This document shows, piece after piece, positions 1-11,446 of a DNA stretch of 64,000 nt (the first letter of the stretch is position 1; each line of letters starts with the position of its first letter). Source of the stretch: Macrostomum hystrix (lineage: Eukaryota > Animalia > Platyhelminthes); assembly GCA_950097015.1 (NCBI GenBank), contig CATNEN010000033.1, positions 1,178,001 through 1,242,000 on the forward strand, written 5' to 3'. Below the pieces are notes generated by a model that made no database searches, was not told where the DNA came from, and saw nothing but the letters and a program-made list of their open reading frames with translations. The position numbers and the translations under genes were made by a program.

Positions 1-300
1 CGGTTTATTTTGCGTTCCGATTTTTCAAGACCCACTCAATGCACCGCGCGTTTGACCTTTTTTACTCTGAGGGGGAGAGATGTAGTGCACTGCGTTGCCC
101 TCTCCCTCCCACGCTGGCATAGCGTCACTGTCAACGTGCACTGCTCTTGGCATGTACTTTGTGTTGCGCAATGCGCTCATGACTGGGCTGCACGTCGGCA
201 GCCACTATGTGGCTGCGACTATATAAGAACTCAAATATACGGCCCAAGAGGCCACGTTCCTTACTAACTCAACGGCACTACACTCCGTAAAAGTACTCAC

Positions 301-1431
301 GCAGTGAGCCGCACATTGCTCGCCAATTCTTGCCAGTGTCCATCAGCGGAGACATTATCTTTGGCTCCAGCAGGCTAACGGGAACTGCCGGCTTAGCGGC
401 CACGTAGCGAGTGTACACTCTGGTGAGGATGGCAGGGCCAGTCGTGGCGAACGCATTGCCAATGTGCTTCTCGCGCAGCATCTCGTCGATTACCTGGCGA
501 AAGAACGGATGGCCGGGCGCGGAGCCCATGGCAGAGTTCATCACGCTGAATGGCCAGCCCCAGAAGATGTTGGTCTGTTCAATGCGCTCCTGGTCCAGGA
601 AGCTGTTCATGTCGGCCAGGGCTGGGAAGAAGGGTTTGACGCACTCCACATCCATGTCGAGGTAAATGCCTGAATCAAGCGCGAAATTTTTTATAAATAT
701 TTTTCAAGCAGGAACTACAGGAGCCCTGTTAGCTGCAAAGTCCTTGCACTTACAATGGAAAGATAGTTAAAAAGACAACTAAACAGTACATATCTTTGCC
801 CGCAGGAGATAGTCAGAACCACTCACCTCCAAAGTGATGCAGCACAATGTAGCGAATGGAGTCGGCTCTCTCTAGCACGTCGCGATATTGCTTGTACTTT
901 CCCAGAAACTCCGGATAAGCAGAAGAGATCAGTGCCTCGGCGTCGCTGTCCCGCCACAAGTAATAGGTCCAGTCGGGGTTGAGCGTCAGGCAGCCATTGA
1001 TGAAGGGCTTGTAGTTCTCGTAGACCATCTCAGATGCGAATGCTTGATGCAGAATTCGAGGGATGCGCGCGGATGCATTGAAGGCGGGTTCTGGTGGCTT
1101 CGACGGCTTACCATCAGCCAATGTAGTCACTGCCGGACTTAACACTACTGCGTGATAAGCTTGACTGTATTTTTGAATGCTGCTGCTGTGTCCGCCGCGT
1201 TTCTGCTAGTATTGCTTGCTGCGGTGGCTGCTGCAGTAGCTGCTGTTGCGGTTGCTCCGGCTGCTTCTGCGGCAAAATTCTCAGACTTTCTGGGCTATAA
1301 CCCGCAACCTTCCATATGGCCTGCATGGGTATCGAATATTGTTTTATTTGCAGCGCCACGAATGAATCTTAAGTACTTACTATGATCAAATAATCCCGAC
1401 TTCTTTTAGAAGATCTAAGAAACACAAACAT
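301..1431 (-). CDS. DxD-motif glycosyltransferase (Gly_transf_sug / GT32, OCH1/SUR1-like), 3' partial
   Basis: Exons 827..~1205 and 301..669 join across a GT-AG intron (670..826) to give IPRILHQ...NPDWTYYLW...ERADSIRYIVLHHFGG|IYLDMDVEC...NSAMGSAPGHPFF...TTGPAILT, the family signature. A donor gtgagt at 300 indicates the gene continues beyond position 1. Candidate 5' exons 1381..1431 (MFVFLRSSKRSRDYLII) and from 1320 (poly-Q frame) are out of frame with the catalytic exon and less certain. Confidence 0.85.
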
Positions 1432-2699
1432 GCCGAATCAGCCTCTTGGGTTTGCACAGACGCATGTTTATCTCGTGCCGAGCAGGAACTCAAAACGAGG
1501 TAGAGTCAGATGATAATTGGCACAGCACCCAGCAACTCAGGAAACTGTTGATCAATAGAGCTGCACTTTGTTTATTAATAATTTTGGCCTTGTATACAAT
1601 TGCTGAGTCTATGCAAATCAAATCAACACAGACGTCTTGCTACACCTGCTACTCGCAATATCCGGTAGACTGTCCTACCAACGTGTTTCCTCCTCATTCT
1701 ACAGCCGCCTTTAAAACGTTTTCTCAATTCGTAGGCTATTCGTGGACAAGTCAAGGATAAGGAGTTTTTATGATAAAACGTTACATCTGAGGTACAAAAA
1801 TCCGCTTTTAAAGCCCAAATGTTTTTCACATCACATTGCACTTGAACTTACATAGACAATACCGAACACAATAGATAGCCTGATGAACAACGACAGCTTC
1901 CTCATGGCAACAGTCCGTCGGTTCGCCTTCTCTGCGTTTTCCTGGAATGCAAAGCGCAGCGCCCGTCAGTTTTAACAAATTTAAGAAAGCATTCTACCCA
2001 AAAACCATTCTGCGAGTACTTAAGCAGCCGTCTCTGCAGAGCGCACCTCCCCTGCCGAATGGTTCAATTGGCTGCATGGGCTGTCGACCCTTAACTCTCA
2101 ATGGCTTACTTTATTGCATGCCCGAGCGGAGGGGGTAGCTCAGCTTATCAGACGGTGGGTGAGCTGGCAGTGGACCATACATAGCAAACAATGCTCGCAC
2201 ACTCATATCGCAATACTGCAGTGTAAAAGAGTTATGAAACCTCTCTCATGTGCACGACAATATTTTCGAATGCTTCTTTTGCAAGCACTCGCTTGTGCCG
2301 ACGACACGTCGATATTCTTGGCCATTGAGATACTCTTTTTCACATTTTTTCAATGGCGTTCTTATATAGCTCGTACGACGTATATTCCGTCGAGAAAATA
2401 CAATCTGATGCTAAAACAAAAAATGGTCTAAAATCTCAATGCATATTGGCAACGTGCCTAAACAAAACCATGCAACTCTCACAGCAGGCGAACCCTGATT
2501 CCACTATCGATTCTGTCTCGAAGTTTTCATGAAATTTTTCAATCTAAATTGGAATAATTAAACACTTACCTGGTCGCCTTTTTATAACTTAAAACTTTTG
2601 CTAGACACTGTTCGCAGAGGAAAGTAACTTCAATAATGAAATTTGATCGCAAAGTCTTGAAGCTTATTTTTGGTTTCCTATTCCAAATTTCGATACTTG

Positions 2700-2835
2700 A
2701 ACTAGCCGACGAACTGAACTAGCTGGAGAATTAACAGCTGTACGAACTGAACTAGCTGGTGAGTTAACAGCTTACGAACTGAACTAGCTGGAGAGTTAAC
2801 AGCTGTACGAACTGAACCTAGCTGGAGAGTAACTG
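2700..2835. repeat. Tandem repeat, ~32-33-bp unit (gaactgaactagctggagagttaacagctgtac), ~4 copies
   Basis: Units read directly; an isolated partial copy lies near 3140. Confidence 0.85.
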
Positions 2836-5800
2836 TTGTGCATTGAGGCCCACTTTTAGCGTTGGTCTTGTTTGGCGTTGTAGGTATCGATCAATCCCTC
2901 TCTGTTGTACTTTTCCCCACAAGTTCGTTTGCTGTGGTTTCAACCACAGACTTTTCAAATGTCAACATTCTCCCACAAGCTCAAGCTGTTACAGTTATGT
3001 CTATGGCGTTAATCTATCTTCCCTTTCCTTTGAAGACCTCGAGAATACTTGCAGATTCATTAAGAACCTTTGAACTTGCCAATGCACTAAATACGCACAA
3101 TAAACGTGTCTTGACAAACACACATCAGTAACAGACAAGGAACTGAACTAGCTGAAGTGGTTTACTAACCGATAAACCGTCTCACCAAAGCAGTATTACA
3201 AGCAAGGGCTAGCACTTGTATAAGCATCAAATATTGATTAGGAATATAAAGATTCTGAAATGCAAAAAAGTGCGTCATTGGCAAAAAAATCAAGTGTGTG
3301 AAGCGCTCGAGACGCACGAGTTGACACTGCTGAAGCACATTCTTTTTTTAGTCTGCGTGTAAGGCGCAGATAGAAGCAGGATTGCTAGGAAGTCATCCGT
3401 CCTGCTGCAGCAGAATTGAATGATACAATGTTCTATTTGCAGAGGCAAATGGGAGTGTATGTTTTGCGCATGTTCTTATGTGCTTCAAAGGTTTATAGCA
3501 CTCGCGCGCTTACTGAGAGCGACAGGCTGAGAGATGGACTGAGAAAGGCTTTGCGCGATTGTACCAAGACGTTCATTATTGTCTTTACATTATTAGTATG
3601 CGCACGCGATAACTCGTGCTGATATTATGCATAGATTGTAAAGATAGATTGATAATAATTAAGATAGACAAGTTATATTGCACAAAGTAATCATACGAAC
3701 TGATGATTACTTTGTGCAAAAATATATTCAGTAGATAAGCAAGGATCTATTAAATAAATAATGATTTAGTAGTCATGGTCTGCAGCACATTGCGTGTCTT
3801 CTGCAGGCAAGTGGCTAGACACAGGCTTCCGGTGAGTAAATGCTTGAGCTCACTTTTAACCGTCGCTATCCCTTCCTTGCTCGACTGTCTTCAGCCTCTT
3901 GAGATCTGTCTCAGTATTTGCAACAGCATCTAACGTCACAGTCTCTGTTTGAGTAGCAGTACTCAGTTTCTGATTTTTGGTGCTTTGATTCTTTGCTGGC
4001 GTTTTCATTCGCCAAATTTTCTTCGATTCTGAACCTTAAATGCGGATCTTACGAGGCGCTTCATTCCTCAGCTCATGTTTGGTCATTCGCTTCCGTTCGA
4101 GGTGGCCGCTTCCTCGAACCTCGTCTCGTGCATCACACTGGTAGTGGCTGGCTAAGAAACGGGATGTCGGATTTCAGTCTCCCTATCGTCTTCATATTCG
4201 TCAGTTTTCTTCCCTTGCGCGGAAGAGCTGAGCAGCCCGTTTCTTCACAGTCAGAAGAAATGTGCCAGAGCGTTACATTAATCCGTGGTTAGATTTCTCT
4301 TTCCTCGGCAGGCTATGCAGAATTTCGACCTGCGAACGGCCCTGCATAACCCAAACGCTCCCCTGATGGCATGTACAGCCCAAAGTCTGTCTTCTCACGA
4401 AGGTTCTTGATGCTGAAAATGCGTTTGGCAGCCGAGGCACAGCTCGTTGTCTTGATGAATTCAACTCATCTCTGTAGAGACTCTGTAGTGCACTGTCAAA
4501 CACTACTCCACATTACTTTTAAAAGCACAGTTTCCTAATTTCCAGCAGCTCCTCGGCCATTTGTAATTTCTTCCCCCATACCAGATGCGAATGAGCGGCG
4601 AGGCACCTCATGAACATCTCATTTGATATTAAACTTTCGTATTGGCCAAGGTGTATTCTGTATCAACATTACAAACAGCAGCAAGTGAAGCCTCTCAAAA
4701 AAAGTTTCCGCAGAGCATAAGCCGCGGTTTCTCGTTCATTCAACAAGCACGAGCTTCATAGCACACAGTCACCACCTCCCAACTGTTGGCGACTCTGGCT
4801 GGTGTCGTGTGCTGTACTTTGGTCTCGTCTGCAGGTAGCCCGGTTTGATTCTCACATATTTGGGCGGACGTGCCGGGATTTGCCTCGCTTATACTGGGGT
4901 GGGGGCTCAGTACATTTTGAGGTGCTTACAGAGAAATGCTTTGCTGATACACTGGGCGTCGGGTATCACATTGGAGAGGAACTGACATCGCAAGTGTGAT
5001 GGTTGGTCAGATTTATCAGATGATGGTTCAGATGATTTATCAGAATAGATGGAAGTTTTTAAGAGAACTTTGATTCACTACCTGCACGAGCTACACGAAC
5101 TATTGTTCAATTATGGAGAATCATTTATATTGGGTTTCAATTGTTGAATATATAACACAACTTTTGGGGAAAGCTACATGTACATCCTAAGAATTGTAGT
5201 TTGCTTAAAAAGAGCCTGTTGCTGTTAAAGATAACACAAATTGAAGATCCTGAGAAGACGAATCGATTGAGTCGTGTGGCAAGAATTCTCTTCAAAAACC
5301 GATGCGGCGACCAGGAGTTATGCAATTAAGAGTGTTTCAGTAGTTAAGAGAGTTAACTGTTTATGAAAGATTTTGTCTGACATAGGGTATGACTTACTGA
5401 ACGCTTTATCAACAAGCTCTACCCGTAAATTTACTGCACACTTTTTCGATTGCAGTACGGATTCCGCAAATTCAATATTTAGATGTAATACCAAGGTAGA
5501 TGGTAAACAAAGCTTGCGTTTCCCCAAGTACAAACTACCGCTGAGCAAAGTAGGAAGAAATTTATTTGACCATTAGTGCGCAGCAGCAATCCACCCACCT
5601 CTAATGCTTTACTTTGCTGCCAAGTGGAAGCTTTCACTAAAGAAAAATGTGAACAATTTTAACGCTCGTTCCAGTTCCGGTCCGACAACCGGGGCTTGTT
5701 GACACTCGAAAGCCCTCGATTCAGGGCAGGATCGACCCGGATACAGCCTGTCGCTCTGAGCCCTATGACCAGAATAGTTGGCACTGAAATATACTTCACA

Positions 5801-6454
5801 TACGTTTATACGCGCGCATTTTATTTCACACTGTGCAAACTTTATAACTGCTTTTCTTTCTTATAACTAATTGGAATGTAGTTTCCGTTTAAATAGTACT
5901 CGTAGTTTGTTCAATATTATCGTTTGCAATCGACTACCTCTTGATTTTCACAATTCCTTCGCCAAAATATGTCTAACGGGCCCGCATTGGTACATACACG
6001 TTTTTTTAGCTCTAGTTCCATTGCTACGGGGATTAAATATTCGAAAATCTGTTGTGGATAGGCTTTTCTAATGCATTTCATGCGTACAGTGAGAGCTACC
6101 AATTGCCAACTAACTTAACTGATTGCGCTGATACGGCTCGTACGGCCAGTGGGTGGCGAAAGGCAGCTAGTCAAATATGCTAAAAATGTAAATCTTTCTT
6201 GTTTTCAATCAACTAACCCCCGAAAGGCTTAACAGATTTTTACAATTTCTTCGATAAAAGATTTCAAGTAATCCCGAATCGGTACATGTATTTTTATTAA
6301 GCTTAACTTCATTGCTAAAGGGATTAAATACTGAAAAAAAACTGAGAGAAGGCTTGTGGGCTTTTTGTGCAATTTACGCCCTTAGGGGCCGCTCCAAGTA
6401 ACTCCAAGGCACAGTGAAAGTGTACACTGCCTGACGATTAGAAAGTCAAGACAG

Positions 6455-7600
6455 ATGTACGCGACTGTGTGTGTGCGGGTGTACAGTATCTGTGTGCGTG
6501 TGTGCCGGTGTACAGTGTCTGTGTGAGTGTGTGCCGGTGTACAGTATCTGTGTGAGTGTGTGCCGGTGTACAGTATCTGTGTGAGTGTGTGCCGGTGTAC
6601 AGTATCTGTGTGAGTGTGTGCCGGTGTACAGTTTCTGTGTGAGTGTGTGCCGGTGTACAGTTTCTGTGTGCGTGTGTGCCGGTGTACAGTATCTGTGTGC
6701 GTGTGTGCCGGTGTACACGACTGTGTGAGTGTGTGCCGGTGTACAGTATCTGTGTGCGTGTGTGTTGCTGTACAGTATCTGTGTGAGTGTGTGCCGGTGT
6801 ACAGTATCTGTGTGAGTGTGTGCCGGTGTACACGACTGTGTGAGTGTGCGCCGGTGTACAGTATCTGTGTGAGTGTGTGCCGGTGTACAGTATCTGTGTG
6901 AGTGTGTGCCGGTGTACAGTGTCTGTGTGCGTGTGTGCCGGTGTACAGTATCTGTGTGCGTGTGTGCCGGTGTACAGTATCTGTGTGCGTGTGTGCCGGT
7001 GTACACGACTGTGTGAGTGTGTGCCGGTGTACAGTATCTGTGTGAGTGTGTGCCGGTGTACACGACTGTGTGAGTGTGTGCCGGTGTACAGTATCTGTGT
7101 GCGTGTGTGCCGGTGTACAGTATCTGTGTGCGTGTGTGCCGGTGTACAGTATCTGTGTGCGTGTGTGTTGCTGTACAGTATCTGTGTGAGTGTGTGCCGG
7201 AACAGTACATGTGTGCGTGTGTGCCGGTGTACAGTATCTGTGTGCGTGTGTGTTGCTGTACAGTATCTGTGTGAGTGTGTGCCGGTGTACAGTATCTGTG
7301 TGCGTGTGTGCCGGTGTACAGTATCTGTGTGCGTGTGTGCCGGTGTACACGACTGTGTGAGTGTGTGCCGGTGTACAGTATCTGTGTGAGTGTGCGCCGG
7401 TGTACAGTATCTGTGTGAGTGTGTGCCGGTGTACACGAGTGTGTGCCGGTGTACAGTATCTGTGTGCGTGTGTGCCGGTGTACACGACTGTGTGAGTGTG
7501 TGCCGGTGTACAGTATCTGTGTGAGTGTGCGCCGGTGTACAGTATCTGTGTGAGTGTGTGCCGGTGTACACGACTGTGTGAGTGTGTGCCGGTGTACAGC
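6455..7600. repeat. Minisatellite, 29-bp unit (ccggtgtacagtatctgtgtgagtgtgtg) with a shorter variant
   Basis: Periodicity visible directly; explains the long HT/CV-rich ORFs in several frames. Confidence 0.97.
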
Positions 7601-9199
7601 TTGCTGCGGGTCTTACGATCACAAAATGATGTGCCATACTACAAATAATTTTTTTATTTAGTACTACAGGTAGCCTATCACACTCTACAGGACTGTAAAA
7701 TGATTCACAATGTCCCGATTCCCGAATGCCGTTTTCGCTGGGTATAATTGCGCCCAGCGAAGCATGTAAGCCGTTTCACTCATCGAACCATGAAGTGGCG
7801 AGATGGATCTAAAGTCAGCGAACAGCCCAGCCGCACTTGTCTCGAGTGCCGCACAGGGATGGTGGGAAGTCAAATCTCTGACCACCATAGTTCTACATGC
7901 GCCCCAAGGAGGCTTCAGACTAAAATATTCCAGGACCTCACCGATTGACCACTTCTACTGCCATGCGTCTTCTGTCGCCCACTTTTTGCGAGCGCTTGAG
8001 CTTATAGCGTCATACTAGTAGTGAATAAATACTTGAGCAGATTTATAAACTCACCTGAGCAATCCTAGCAGAAAGCGAAATAATTTTCAGCTTTACTCAA
8101 ACAAACTGTCTCTACTCTCCGCCACGCCCGCCAGAGGAGCCTGAATCTAAATGTCACATGTGTGTGTGTGCATCCCATTTTCTTCCATCCCTTAAATGCA
8201 GTGACCAAGTCGATGCACTGCCATCATGTGCGCCTCAGCGCAATGCGCGGCCTGTACACATTTTCTAACAACCTCTCCAACGTGGGAGACGGAGGAGGTG
8301 GAGCGCCAACATTTTCCTTAACTCTCCGCTGGCCTTTCTTGTGCAATCGCCTGCAAGGCCTCTAGCCTCCCTAGGACTTGAGAGCAAAGCCCCGGGGCAG
8401 CTCTCGGCGCTGTACAATGCCGATCGTCGCCTTGCTTTTCCACGCACCCCCCCGATAGCCCCATCCTTCTCTTTCTCTCTCAGTCCTGCTCATCTCTCCC
8501 TTCTTTCCCTTTCACGAAAACTCTCGGTTTTGTTAATTTTGCCCAGGTCTGTCTGGCGGCCGCATGAGGCGGGTATTCTTGAGCAAGAAACACAACCCTG
8601 TAGACTTGGCTGACTAGCCGGGGACCAAGTCTAGCGACAGGAATTAGGTTTCGATAAACCAGTAACTTTACTAGTCTGAGTTACTTTTCAAAAAGCGACA
8701 TGCATTCGCTGCGTTACTTCAGAAATAATTACTAGTAGAGTGTTGTTAAAGTAGTGCATGTTTGTCATGCAATTTGCCATTTTTTAATGGTAGCTATTTA
8801 GTCATGCATAGCCTGCAAGCTCATGCAAGCTCATATTAGTCGTAAAAGCTCTCAACGACTTCCTGCCTTCCATCAAATATATTTTTTGCAAATTGCCTAC
8901 TACAGACCCGCGTTTTACTTTTTCTCTTGCTTCAAGCTAAATATTCCTGTTCCACTGAGGGGTGGTGACTTCCACCGCGTCACAATGCGACTAGATACAA
9001 AACACTACCCACAAGTCTACCAACCCTAACGTACATCTGTTTTAAATTCCCTCTCCCATTCTATCACCGGATCGCATGCACTGAGCTGGGTAATGCGGAA
9101 AAGAGGCATGGATGCGTCCAAATATTTGTGGTTTTCAATAGCTAGCATTATTAATTTTAATTTTAAGTACTTTCAAGTATTTATTAGCGTATTTTCTGA

Positions 9200-10290
9200 T
9201 TGATTTTTATGTAGTATCAAACTTTGCAAAGAATAAGTTGCGTGCCGACGCACTAACTGGAGGGTAACCACCGTGAATACAATGAACTCTTCTCTAAATA
9301 TATTTCGAAATCCTTTGTCTCTGCAAGAGTGTCATGCGGAGGCTGATTCATGCGGAGACCGCATGAACCATGAACAGGCTGAACCGGGCGACCACGATCG
9401 ATTCACCGCCAAAACAAGGCAGCATCGCTATTGGAAGGACCCTTTGTCGTGCATCCTTTGCTCACACACTGGGCCATATGAACAAACTTCGGGTCATGAA
9501 GCAATCCCCTCAATCCGCCTTGACTGGTCTTGGTCACGAAATTTTCGTTGTAAACGATGCACTCGTGGCGTCCAACAGACTCATGCTGAATCTGAACCAG
9601 CCAAATTCTAGGTTACGGAGTTCCGAACCGCCACGCAGGGCAAAATGTTTCCCTAGCTGCAGCCACATGACGGTGCTTAGTATAGATAAGGAGCTTCCGA
9701 TACTTTCCTCTTCATCATCATCAGTGGCATCGCTAGCAATTGGCGATGACACGTTAGATACCGGAATGGTATCGGAACTGCTAAGTGTAGAGATGCGCAA
9801 TTCGCGACGCTTATCTATAGCCAACAAGTAACTATTCGCTGCTGCTAATCCGACTGCCTCGGCGTGCCGAAATTCTCACTGGTTGACATGTCTAAATAGT
9901 CAGTAAATCCTTTAGCATTTGGTTTTGGCTGCTGAGCCAGCGTCGTCCATTAGGTAAAGTTATACCCACTTTTATATACAGGATCTTGAAATCGATGTTT
10001 GCGCTCGTAGCCGCCTCAACTAAGCGTTTAATGTCACGCAGTCCAGTATACACTTCTCCTCTAGGTCTATTCAAAGCCAGGTGCATCAGGTACATGGCCA
10101 TCAGCACGGTCCCGATCGGCAATAGCACATTCGACTGCTCCCTGAGACCGAACGGCAGGCGAAGGACATTCAGTCGCAGGTTGTTGAAAACAAGCCTGCA
10201 TAGGTCATACAAAGTCGTCTTCCTTGCACTACTTTGTCCAAATATTAGGCCAAAAGGCATGTTGCTTGATTTCAATGCGAACGACGTACT
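9200..10290 (-). mobile_element. Decayed Crypton-like tyrosine-recombinase (DUF3504) element
   Basis: Minus-strand fragments in shifting frames, in the expected order: LMAMYLMHLALNRPRGEVYTGLRDIKRL, KPNAKGFT, LSILSTVMWLQLGKHFALRGGSELRNLEFGWF, ECIVYNENFVTKTSQGGL, IYLEKSSLYSRW. These resemble DUF3504 blocks (F.LRGG.EHRNL; Y.E..SK..QGG) recalled from CryptonA/KCTD1/ZMYM proteins. Stops and frameshifts present. Confidence 0.7.
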
Positions 10291-11446
10291 TCATGATTTC
10301 AACAACTTCCTTGATTTCCTTCTCCAGCGCAAATGGATCTTCGTAGAATGCCTCAAGACAATAAGCATTCTCCTCGAAAATGGGTATTATGCAGAGAGCT
10401 ACCCCATTTGATCATCTGTTACATTGATCGCAAGACTATAGTTGCGCCCATTACGATCCACATAACTGAGGCGTGCTATAAATTGAGTCTTCGCAGTAAG
10501 GACTGTCTATACGTATATAAAAATGGAAAAAGATTGAAATATTAAAGATAAAAATCATAAAGGTCATAATATGGTTGCGCTTTTAAAAGACAATACGCAC
10601 CTTCTTATTTCTCTTCCTGGCCAAGTTCTTAAAGGTAAAAGATTCTGTAAATTTACTTTAAGAGATTCTTTTTCATTAAAAAAATAGTCATTAAATATTT
10701 CTTCAACTTGAAGCGGGTTTAATACAGTTTGTTCAATCGTGAAAGACAGTCGTTAAAAACGACATATTTCTTTCCGTTTTCGTGATTAATAAAATTTAAT
10801 TTTGAGAGTCGGTCGAAACTTTTCGCAACCAACAGCAGTCAACAATTATTCTTGCTGTATATCTATTTTTAACTTTTACGAGGTATACACATAGTCTCAT
10901 ATATCTTTATTTCTGAAAGCGTGTTTGTCACGATCGAAATATGATACACGTCTATATCTACGAATATATCAAAAGCTGTATTTGCTGCACATAGTCATAT
11001 AAACTGAGATTGTTTGAATTTTGTGCGACACGCAAGTTTTGTTTGGTTTCTCACATTCACCTTTTATTTCTATATTTTACAAAATCATATTAGTATAGCA
11101 TTATATATAATATGCGTTGTAAACGCGTATATTACAAATATACGTGCTTTGTCTAATGCAGCATTAAGTTATTATAACTATCAGGAAATACTAGTATTGT
11201 ATTGAAAGCTTTATAACAATTTAAATATTATATATTTAACTCAGAAAAAAAACTAGTTAGTGATAATATTTTCGTTTAAAAAACTAACAAAGTGTGATAG
11301 TTTTTCTATTTTCAGTTTAGTTCTAGATAGAGTTAGGTTGTTTCGATGACAATTTTGACTCATTACGCTACTGAAACATTTTACACCCCGTGGAAGTTTT
11401 ATATTAAACCACAAAAGTGTTTATAGATAAAATCTATCATTTTCAG

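Noticed and set aside
1690-2030. Possible LINE 3' fragment (FSIRRLFVDKSRIRSFY; FNKFKKAFYPKTI)
   Set aside because: Only two short motif-like resemblances in different frames; too weak without a database search.
3780-5000. Broken minus-strand coding-like stretches (KKRAAQLFRAREE; MFMRCLAAHSHLVWGKK)
   Set aside because: No recognisable domain, many stops and no consistent splice model.
5660-5770. Three adjacent GC-rich hairpins suggesting a ribozyme
   Set aside because: No hammerhead (CUGAUGA/GAAA), twister or HDV core could be fitted; stems are short.
5985-6360. Helitron-like end (ggcgaaaggcagctagt) and an ~80-bp diverged direct repeat
   Set aside because: No convincing terminal hairpin or 5' TC boundary; resemblance only.
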